IMG/VR virus record: IMGVR_UViG_3300017778_001652
Location: 1 to 39,958 of that record
From: a virus
Taxonomy: Duplodnaviria > Caudoviricetes
DNA: 39,958 nt
Direction: 5' to 3' (one strand)
The position numbers and the translations under genes were made by a program. The notes beneath the pieces were generated by a model. The model was given only the letters and a program-made list of their open reading frames with translations, searched no databases and had not been told where the DNA came from. Positions 15,158 to 22,370 of the stretch are shown here, piece after piece (position 1 is the first letter of the stretch; every line of letters starts with the position of its first letter).

Positions 15158-16987
15158 GTGACCGTAATAACAATCGACTTTGAAACTTACTACGATAAGG
15201 ATTTCAGTCTGTCAAAGATAACCACAGAGGAGTACATACGTGATCCGCTGTTTGAAGTTATCGGCGTTGCCGTCAAAGTTGATAACGGAGAAACTGAGTG
15301 GGCCAGTGGTACGCATCAAGAACTGAAGACTTGGTTGCAGCAATTCGACTGGGCGAACTCGATGGCACTTGCACACAATGCCATGTTCGACGGGGCAATC
15401 CTTAATTGGAAGTTCGATATTCGTCCGAAGGTCTGGCTCGATACGTTGTGCATGGGCCGTGCGTTGCACGGTGTCGAGGTGAGTGGCAGTCTGGCTGCGT
15501 TGTCTGAACGCTACGGTTTGGGCGTGAAGGGCACTGAAGTTGTGAACGCATTGGGGATACGCCGAAAGGATTTCTCTGAAGAACAACTTGGGCGATACGG
15601 GGACTACTGCATCAATGACGTAGTGCTTACGTACATGTTGTTCAACACAATGCTCCTCAAGTTTCCGAGAAGCGAGCTAAAACTTATCGACATAACCACC
15701 CGGATGTTTACCGAGCCCGTGCTTGAATTGGACACGATCATGCTGGGCGAACACTTGCAGGAAGTGCAGGACAAGAAGGCTGCCCTCCTCGCTGATAGCG
15801 GCGTTACCACTGATGATCTGATGAGCAACCCGAAGTTTGCGGAAGCCCTGATGAATCTCGGTGTTACTCCTCCAACTAAGATCAGCCCACTTACGGGTAA
15901 GGAAGCGTTTGCTTTTGCCAAGACGGACGAAGGGTTCCTCGCTTTGCAGGAACATCCTGATTGGAGAGTGCAAGGTCTGGTTGCTGCGCGGTTGGGTATG
16001 AAGTCCACGTTGGAAGAAACCCGCACAGAACGGTTCATCTCCATAGCCGAGCGGGGCGCACTACCCGTGCCGATTAAGTATTACGCTGCACATACAGGGC
16101 GGTTCGGTGGATCGGACAAAATCAATCTGCAGAACCTGCCTAGTCGTGGGATCAACGGCGGCAAGTTGAAGAAGGCTATCAAAGCCCCAGAGGGCTACAG
16201 CATCATCGATGCTGACTCGGCGCAGATCGAAGCGCGGGTGCTGGCGTGGTTGGCAGGACAGGAAGACTTGGTTGAAGCCTTTGCCAAGAAAGAAGATGTG
16301 TACAAAAAGATGGCGGCATCCATCTACGGTAAACCCGAAGCCGACATCACCAAGCCAGAACGGTTTGTGGGCAAGACCACTATCCTCGGCTGCGGGTACG
16401 GTATGGGTGCGGCTAAGTTTCAAGCAGCACTAAAGAGTTCTACCCCGTCAACCGAAATCTCAATCGAAGAAGCACGGCGGATCATCGACATCTACCGCAA
16501 GACAAGCCCCGAGATCACCCGACTCTGGACGCAAGCGCAGAAGATGTTAATTAGTTTGAGCCAAGGTAACGGTGCATCGGTGGGGCGGGCTGGGGTTCTC
16601 GAAGTTGTACCTAAAGAGACTGGCATCAAACTACCAAACGGGCTGCTCTTGCGGTATGATGATCTCCAAGCGCGGCAAGGAGAAAAAGGGTACGAGTTTA
16701 CGTACAAGACGCGCAAAGGCCGCATCAAGATATATGGCGGTAAAGTTGTAGAGAACGTCTGCCAAGCAATCGCTAGGTGCATCATCGGGGAACAGATGGT
16801 CCGTATCGCCAAGCGATACAAGGTGGTTCTTACGGTGCATGACGCAGTGGCGTGTGTTGTACCTGACGCCAAAGTTTGGGAAGCACAGGTTTACGTGGAA
16901 GAGTGCATGCGGTGGGTTCCCGAGTGGGCCACTGGATTACCCCTGAACTGCGAAAGCGGATTCGGTAAATCTTACGGAGATTGTTAA
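15158..16987 (+). CDS. polA: DNA polymerase family A with 3'-5' exonuclease domain
   Basis: ExoI DFETY, ExoII HNAMFD, ExoIII YCINDV; TGRFG..NLQN; motif A DSAQIEAR; motif B RFVGKTTILGCGYG; motif C VHD. Confidence 0.95.
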   Translation: MTVITIDFETYYDKDFSLSKITTEEYIRDPLFEVIGVAVKVDNGETEWASGTHQELKTWLQQFDWANSMALAHNAMFDGAILNWKFDIRPKVWLDTLCMGRALHGVEVSGSLAALSERYGLGVKGTEVVNALGIRRKDFSEEQLGRYGDYCINDVVLTYMLFNTMLLKFPRSELKLIDITTRMFTEPVLELDTIMLGEHLQEVQDKKAALLADSGVTTDDLMSNPKFAEALMNLGVTPPTKISPLTGKEAFAFAKTDEGFLALQEHPDWRVQGLVAARLGMKSTLEETRTERFISIAERGALPVPIKYYAAHTGRFGGSDKINLQNLPSRGINGGKLKKAIKAPEGYSIIDADSAQIEARVLAWLAGQEDLVEAFAKKEDVYKKMAASIYGKPEADITKPERFVGKTTILGCGYGMGAAKFQAALKSSTPSTEISIEEARRIIDIYRKTSPEITRLWTQAQKMLISLSQGNGASVGRAGVLEVVPKETGIKLPNGLLLRYDDLQARQGEKGYEFTYKTRKGRIKIYGGKVVENVCQAIARCIIGEQMVRIAKRYKVVLTVHDAVACVVPDAKVWEAQVYVEECMRWVPEWATGLPLNCESGFGKSYGDC

Positions 16988-17190
16988 TGATTGAGAAGAT
17001 CGAAGTAGAAGAGATCGTTGACTACGCTATGCCACTAATGCAGATAGACAAGTTGGCTAAACAGATACACTACGATTGTTTGCACGGTAACTTGGCGCAA
17101 GCAGAGGAACTGACTATGTACTTGATCGCGGAAGGCCGCATCCTCCGTAACTCTTTGGTAATCATGCAGAACAAGGAACGAACCAAGTGA
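16987..17190 (+). CDS. Hypothetical protein
   Basis: TAATG coupling to polA; helical, 67 aa. Confidence 0.7.
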   Translation: MIEKIEVEEIVDYAMPLMQIDKLAKQIHYDCLHGNLAQAEELTMYLIAEGRILRNSLVIMQNKERTK

Positions 17191-17855
17191 ATACTCGCTG
17201 GTCTTTCAGTAGCATCAAGTTGTTTGAGCAGTGCCCACGCAAATATCACCACATCAGGATTCTGAAAGATCACGTAGAGTCTGAGACTGAAGCCATGCTG
17301 TATGGCACAAGGTTTCACGAGGCAGCAGAGTTCTACATTAAAAACAATACTCCGTTACCCCAATACTTTAATTTTGTTAAGTCCACTCTCGACAATCTCA
17401 AGCAGATGTCAGGAGAAAAACTTTGTGAGTATGAGATGGGTGTGAAGGAAGACCTTACACCGTGTGCATTTGACGATCCAGATGTTTGGTTCCGTGGCAT
17501 TGCCGACTTGCTGATTCTTGACCATGAAACGGGTGAAGGGCGAGTTATTGATTACAAGACAGGTAAAAGCGCGAAGTATGCCGATCCGGGACAACTGGAA
17601 CTCATGGCTCTTTGCGTGTTTAAGCACTTCCCCACGATCAAGAAGGTGAAGTCTGGCTTGTTGTTTGTAGTATGCAATGCGTTCATCAAGGACAAGCACA
17701 GTGCTGACCAACAAGATGTACTGTGGGAGAAGTGGGTTCAGCGGCATAATCGGCTGAAGGTGGCAATGCAAACGGATGTCTGGAATCCAAAGCCGAGCGG
17801 ACTGTGCCGAGCGCACTGCATTGTCACAAGCTGCCCCCATAATGGTAGGAAGTAA
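17187..17855 (+). CDS. PD-(D/E)XK exonuclease (Cas4/RecB-like)
   Basis: WSFSSIK.FEQCP, GTRFH, GIADLL..IDYKTG, QL..Y-like motif, C-terminal Cys cluster CRAHC....C. Confidence 0.9.
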   Translation: MNTRWSFSSIKLFEQCPRKYHHIRILKDHVESETEAMLYGTRFHEAAEFYIKNNTPLPQYFNFVKSTLDNLKQMSGEKLCEYEMGVKEDLTPCAFDDPDVWFRGIADLLILDHETGEGRVIDYKTGKSAKYADPGQLELMALCVFKHFPTIKKVKSGLLFVVCNAFIKDKHSADQQDVLWEKWVQRHNRLKVAMQTDVWNPKPSGLCRAHCIVTSCPHNGRK

Positions 17856-17863
17856 GGTAAATC

Positions 17864-18118
17864 ATGGCGTACACAAAGTCCCCCCGCCCATATAAAGAAG
17901 AGTACAAAGCGCAAGTGGAGCGCGGTGAGCACGAGAACCGGATGGAGCGGCAACGCGCTCGTCGTGCGTTAGATAAGAAGGGCGTCAACCGTGCGGGTAA
18001 GGATGTGTCGCATGTGAAGGCACTCGCCAAGGGCGGGACCAACGCCGATGGGTATAAGTTAGAGTCACCATCCGCAAACCGGAGCCGCAACTTGCACAAA
18101 AAGGGCGAGAAGAAGTAA
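17864..18118 (+). CDS. Small HNH-like protein
   Basis: GKDVSHVKALAKGGTN...SANRS resembles an HNH (DxxH..GG.N..N) fold; basic. Confidence 0.65.
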   Translation: MAYTKSPRPYKEEYKAQVERGEHENRMERQRARRALDKKGVNRAGKDVSHVKALAKGGTNADGYKLESPSANRSRNLHKKGEKK

Positions 18119-18121
18119 TGT

Positions 18122-18616
18122 ATGGAGAAGGTAATTAAAGAGATCGCACGAAGCGTCCTTAGAAAATTACCTCCCGCTAAAGTAGAATTCGATGACCTCC
18201 TTCAAGAAGGACGGCTGGCTGTCTGGCTACAACGAGACAAGATCGCAACGCTAGATGCAAAACACACCCGTGCCTTTGTAGCGCAGTGCGCTAGGTGGGC
18301 GATGATCGATTGGGTTCGGTACATGTGGCCCTCTCGCGGTAAGAACGGGGCGATACTGAACACCAACGTAGACGACTACGAAGAATCTTTTAGTGAGCGT
18401 GGCAGTGTAGACACAACTCTTAGCCATGCTCAGGCCATGCAAGCTGTTGAACGAGTAGAAAACAAGTTAACAGCAAACTATCGATTAGAGGTTTTATACC
18501 TATTTATACAAGGGCTGGAAGGCAAGGACATAGCAAAAAGGCTATGTATACGTCCTGAGACAGTGAGCCGCTACAAGAAAGAAATCCGAAAAGTTGTTAA
18601 CGAATTTATTGGGTGA
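18122..18616 (+). CDS. sigma70-family (ECF-sized) sigma factor-like protein
   Basis: Region 2-like DDLLQEGRLAVW and F...ARWAMIDWVR; region 4 HTH GKDIAKRLCIRPETVSRY; 164 aa. Confidence 0.75.
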   Translation: MEKVIKEIARSVLRKLPPAKVEFDDLLQEGRLAVWLQRDKIATLDAKHTRAFVAQCARWAMIDWVRYMWPSRGKNGAILNTNVDDYEESFSERGSVDTTLSHAQAMQAVERVENKLTANYRLEVLYLFIQGLEGKDIAKRLCIRPETVSRYKKEIRKVVNEFIG

Positions 18617-18619
18617 TAC

Positions 18620-18901
18620 ATGGTGCAGCCGCCTATCGTTATGGTTGTTTGGGAAGATGCCAAAACCTTAGACGCAACCTCATGGGTTGAAAACCGCGAT
18701 CACACATACAAGCCCCACTTGGTTTTTTCGGTGGGGTTTTTGCTTTCTGATACAGAGAATGGTGTTATCTTGACACAGGCATGGAACCCTGAGTTGATCG
18801 GCGCACGGGACCAGATTCCAAAGTCCATGATCCGAAGCATGACTTTTCTTAGCCCCGAGAAAATAAAAAAGTCGCGGCAGTTGACTCCTCAGATCAACTA
18901 G
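18620..18901 (+). CDS. Conserved phage hypothetical protein
   Basis: VVWEDA...SVGFLL...IPKSMI pattern; 93 aa. Confidence 0.75.
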   Translation: MVQPPIVMVVWEDAKTLDATSWVENRDHTYKPHLVFSVGFLLSDTENGVILTQAWNPELIGARDQIPKSMIRSMTFLSPEKIKKSRQLTPQIN

Positions 18902-18910
18902 TGGCATAAT
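18881..18910 (+). promoter_or_regulatory. sigma70-like promoter
   Basis: TTGACT, 18-nt spacer ending TGg, CATAAT. Confidence 0.65.
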
Positions 18911-18916
18911 TTCATC

Positions 18917-19075
18917 TGGTTCATGGATGCCGCTGTAAGGTGTGGGTGAGCGGTAAGGGCTTCACAGCCTTATAACTACACCAGCCAGCACGGGGTTCCT
19001 TTCATTCGCTCCGGGAACTGGCAATAATTCGGTAAGGCAGAACGGTTAAGGCTGTTCTGCCTGTTTTGCCATGAG
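18917..19075 (+). ncRNA. Candidate structured sRNA or 5' leader upstream of the helicase
   Basis: Nested stems 18921-26/19069-74, 18928-32/19030-34, 18934-44/18963-74, 18984-88/19018-22 and 19035-45/19052-62. Confidence 0.5.
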
Positions 19076-19092
19076 TACAACAAATAGAGCAC

Positions 19093-20631
19093 ATGGAAAT
19101 CGTAGAGAACAAAGCGTTGTTGCTAAAGTTGCGTGACCCTGCAAAGGTGACGAACATCATTCCAAAAAGCAAAGCACTTGATGAGCACACGGTGCTGGTG
19201 AACTGGGGGTTAGATGAAGTTCAGGTGTTAAAGAACCTGAAAATAAAAAACGTACCTTCACCTATTTTTCGTAGCTACGATTGGCCCGGACTCTACAAAC
19301 CGTTTGACCATCAGAAAACAACAGCGGCGTTCTTAACGCTGCATAAAAAAGCGTTCTGCCTAAACGAGCAGGGCACTGGCAAGACGGGTAGCGTGATCTG
19401 GGCGGCGGACTACCTGATGAAACAAAGCCGCATACGCCGTGTGCTGGTGATCTGCCCACTGTCGATCATGGACTCAGCATGGCGGTCAGACTTGTTCAAG
19501 TTTGCCATGCACCGATCAGTCGATATTGCATACGGGTCGGCTGATAAGCGGCGAGAAGTAATCAACGGCCCCGCCGAGTTTGTCATCATCAACTACGATG
19601 GACTGTCGATTGTTGAGCAAGATGTCGCCAAGGGAGGGTTTGACCTGATTGTCGTTGACGAGGCAACCCACTATAAGAACGTAAGTACCGAGCGGTGGAA
19701 GACGTTGAACCGACTGATGACCCCGCAAACATGGCTGTGGATGCTGACCGGAACCCCTGCGGCTCAGTCGCCCGTTGATGCTTTTGGATTAGCTAAACTG
19801 ATTAACCCTGAAGGTGTACCTAAGTTCTTTACATCATTCAAAGAAATGGTGATGTACCGGGCGACACAATTCCGCTGGGTTCCTAAAGAGTCGGCCACAA
19901 AAACTGTTCACCGAGTGCTGCAACCTGCGATCAGATTCACCAAAGAAGAGTGCCTTGATCTGCCGGAGATGACCTACGTTGACCGTGCTGTGGCCCTGAC
20001 CAAGCAGCAGGAAAAGTACTACAAGCTGCTCAAGAACCAGATGATTATTGAGGCTGGCGGCGAGGAGATCACCTCCGTTAACGCTGCAGTTAATTTAAGC
20101 AAGTTGTTGCAACTCTCATGCGGTGCCGTCTACTCCGACAACAAGGAAACAATCGAGTTCGACATCAGGAACCGATACGCTGTACTGAAGGAAGTCGTTG
20201 ACGAGGCGGCTAACAAGGTGTTAGTGTTCGTCCCCTTTCGCAACTCGATCCAGATTCTGACCGATAAGCTGCTGGGGGATGGCTACACCGCAGAGATCAT
20301 CAACGGGGATGTGTCGGCCAACAAGCGCACCGAGATTTTCAAACGCTTCCAAGAAACACCGGAACCGCGCATACTAGTCATCCAACCACAAGCTGCGGCA
20401 CACGGGGTGACTCTGACTGCAGCAGACACGATAGTGTGGTGGGGGCCGACAAGCTCTCTCGAAACTTACGCGCAAGCAAACGCACGAGTGCATCGGGCAG
20501 GGCAACATCACCCTACAACAGTTATCAGGCTACAAGGTTCAGCGGCTGAAAGACACGTATACAAGATGTTAGATACAAAAGACGCTGTACACACACAAAT
20601 TGTTGATCTTTACAAACAATTGCTTGACTGA
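19093..20631 (+). CDS. SNF2-family helicase
   Basis: EQGTGKT, VICPLS, VVDEAT, LTGTP, HGVTL and QANARVHRAGQ. Confidence 0.93.
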   Translation: MEIVENKALLLKLRDPAKVTNIIPKSKALDEHTVLVNWGLDEVQVLKNLKIKNVPSPIFRSYDWPGLYKPFDHQKTTAAFLTLHKKAFCLNEQGTGKTGSVIWAADYLMKQSRIRRVLVICPLSIMDSAWRSDLFKFAMHRSVDIAYGSADKRREVINGPAEFVIINYDGLSIVEQDVAKGGFDLIVVDEATHYKNVSTERWKTLNRLMTPQTWLWMLTGTPAAQSPVDAFGLAKLINPEGVPKFFTSFKEMVMYRATQFRWVPKESATKTVHRVLQPAIRFTKEECLDLPEMTYVDRAVALTKQQEKYYKLLKNQMIIEAGGEEITSVNAAVNLSKLLQLSCGAVYSDNKETIEFDIRNRYAVLKEVVDEAANKVLVFVPFRNSIQILTDKLLGDGYTAEIINGDVSANKRTEIFKRFQETPEPRILVIQPQAAAHGVTLTAADTIVWWGPTSSLETYAQANARVHRAGQHHPTTVIRLQGSAAERHVYKMLDTKDAVHTQIVDLYKQLLD

Positions 20632-20652
20632 GCCGCCAAACAGCATTAGACT
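20624..20652 (+). promoter_or_regulatory. sigma70-like promoter
   Basis: TTGACT, 17-nt spacer, TAGACT, upstream of an AAGGAG RBS. Confidence 0.6.
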
Positions 20653-20683
20653 GTAGGCTCTGTAACCAACCAAGGAGAACGGA

Positions 20684-21100
20684 ATGACAGACACGGCATC
20701 ACCCGCCGATGGAACAGTGCCCCCAGAAAAGCTGGTGAGGGTGTATTTGAAGATGCGTACCGCACGGGATGCGCTTGTTAAGGACCACGAAGCAGAACTG
20801 TCCAAGGTCGAGGCTTCTATGCAACAAGTGAAGTCGGCTTTGCTGGCGTACTGTAAAGAACACAACATCGAAAGCGTTCGTACCAAAGCGGGGCTGTTTT
20901 ACCGCACCATCAGGCAGCGGTACTGGACGAACGATTGGGAGTCTATGGGCAAGTTTGTGGTAGAGCACAACGTGCCCGAGCTTCTGGAAAAACGTCTGCA
21001 TCAGGGAAACACAAAAACTTTCCTTGAGCAGAACCCCGACTTGCTCCCACCGGGATTGAATGTGGATAGCGAATTTACCGTAACTGTGAGGAAAGCGTAA
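20684..21100 (+). CDS. Conserved phage replication-module protein
   Basis: Coiled-coil N-terminus, SVRTKAG, DWE, LLEKR, LPPGLNV; AAGGAG RBS. Confidence 0.8.
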   Translation: MTDTASPADGTVPPEKLVRVYLKMRTARDALVKDHEAELSKVEASMQQVKSALLAYCKEHNIESVRTKAGLFYRTIRQRYWTNDWESMGKFVVEHNVPELLEKRLHQGNTKTFLEQNPDLLPPGLNVDSEFTVTVRKA

Positions 21101-21327
21101 TGACTGAAAATAAGTATGTAACGATTAACGATATTGCAGAACACTACACGGTGTCTATTTCTACCGTCCGTGCATGGATTCGTACCAACACAATTCCATA
21201 TTTGCAGGTAGGCAAAACCTTCCGGTTCAAGTTGTCTGAAGTCGATGCTGCATTGCGTGATGTACGGACCAAGAAGATTGACGACGATGTGGAAGCACTT
21301 GTCGATAACCCAGACCAAGACATTTAA
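21100..21327 (+). CDS. Excisionase-like (HTH_17) DNA-binding protein
   Basis: YVTINDIAEHYTVSISTVRAWIR..IPY.QVG..FRF. Confidence 0.85.
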   Translation: MTENKYVTINDIAEHYTVSISTVRAWIRTNTIPYLQVGKTFRFKLSEVDAALRDVRTKKIDDDVEALVDNPDQDI

Positions 21328-21338
21328 GGAGATAAAGA

Positions 21339-22256
21339 ATGAGCGAACTTTCATTGTTCAAAGGTGGCGTCCCAGCATATCTGGTGGGGCTGGAAGATGA
21401 CACGACCAACAATCTTGCTGGTGGTGAAGTTGGCATGCGTCGTATGTCGATCAAGGGCGGTGTGTTCCGCGAGATGATCGGTAGCAAGGAATATCGCGTT
21501 AGCGAAGAGCGGTCTATCGGCGTGGTCATTATCAAAGCCGCACCGACCAAAAACCGCACGTACTTCTCTGGTCCATACGTTGAGGGTGAAAACGCTTCAC
21601 CTTCTTGCTGGTCGCATGACACCCAAGTGTCGGCTCCAGAAGTCCCGGCAGATCAGCGTCAGTCGGCTAAGTGCATGGACTGCCCCCAGAACATCAAGGG
21701 CTCTGGGCAGGGTGATAGCCGCGCTTGCCGATTCCAGCAGAGGGTTGCCGTGCTGCTTGAGGGCGAGGTTCAGAAGAAGGAAGTGTATCAATTGATCCTT
21801 CCTGCTACTTCTATCTTCGGTGATGGTGAGAAGGGCAAGCTGCCACTGGAAGCATATGCACGTCATCTGCGAGCCCACGGTACTCCGATTGCTGGGGTCA
21901 TTACCGAGATGCGTTTCGATACGGCAAGCCCAACGCCGAAACTGACGTTCAAGCCAGTCCGTGCAGTTACGGAAGATGAGCTTGCAGTTGTTCGTGAGAT
22001 GCGTACTTCCAAGGAAGCGGAAGAGGCTATCAAGTTGACGGTGAACCTTACGCCGAAGAAGCCAGCCGCTGCGTTGTTTGAAGAGGAGCCGGAAGAAAAG
22101 CCAGCACCTAAGAAACTTGCTGCGCCGAAAGTGGAGAAGGCGGCTGTGGTTGAAGAGGAAGAAGACGAACCTGCACCTAAGAAGGTTGCCAGCAAGAAGC
22201 CCGATCCTGCGACTTCTAGTTTGGATTCCCTTGTGACTGGTTGGGATGACGAGTAA
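21339..22256 (+). CDS. Putative ssDNA-binding protein
   Basis: Cys cluster (CWS, CMDCP, AC), Pro/Lys/Glu linker and acidic-aromatic tail WDDE; positioned before the primase-helicase. Confidence 0.65.
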   Translation: MSELSLFKGGVPAYLVGLEDDTTNNLAGGEVGMRRMSIKGGVFREMIGSKEYRVSEERSIGVVIIKAAPTKNRTYFSGPYVEGENASPSCWSHDTQVSAPEVPADQRQSAKCMDCPQNIKGSGQGDSRACRFQQRVAVLLEGEVQKKEVYQLILPATSIFGDGEKGKLPLEAYARHLRAHGTPIAGVITEMRFDTASPTPKLTFKPVRAVTEDELAVVREMRTSKEAEEAIKLTVNLTPKKPAAALFEEEPEEKPAPKKLAAPKVEKAAVVEEEEDEPAPKKVASKKPDPATSSLDSLVTGWDDE

Positions 22257-22267
22257 CTGAGTTTGGG

Positions 22268-22343
22268 GTGATGGGGGTGTAGCTTATTTTGCTACGTATG
22301 TAGCATTTTTGAGTACGTGCCCCCATCGCTTCCTTTCTTTTAC
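22268..22343 (+). terminator. Long hairpin followed by a pyrimidine tract (terminator or processing site)
   Basis: GTGATGGGGG..CCCCCATCGC enclosing TGCTACG-ta-TGTAGCA, then TTCCTTTCTTTT. Confidence 0.55.
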
Positions 22344-22370
22344 TTTCTCCTACCCTGACGCAATGCGGAT

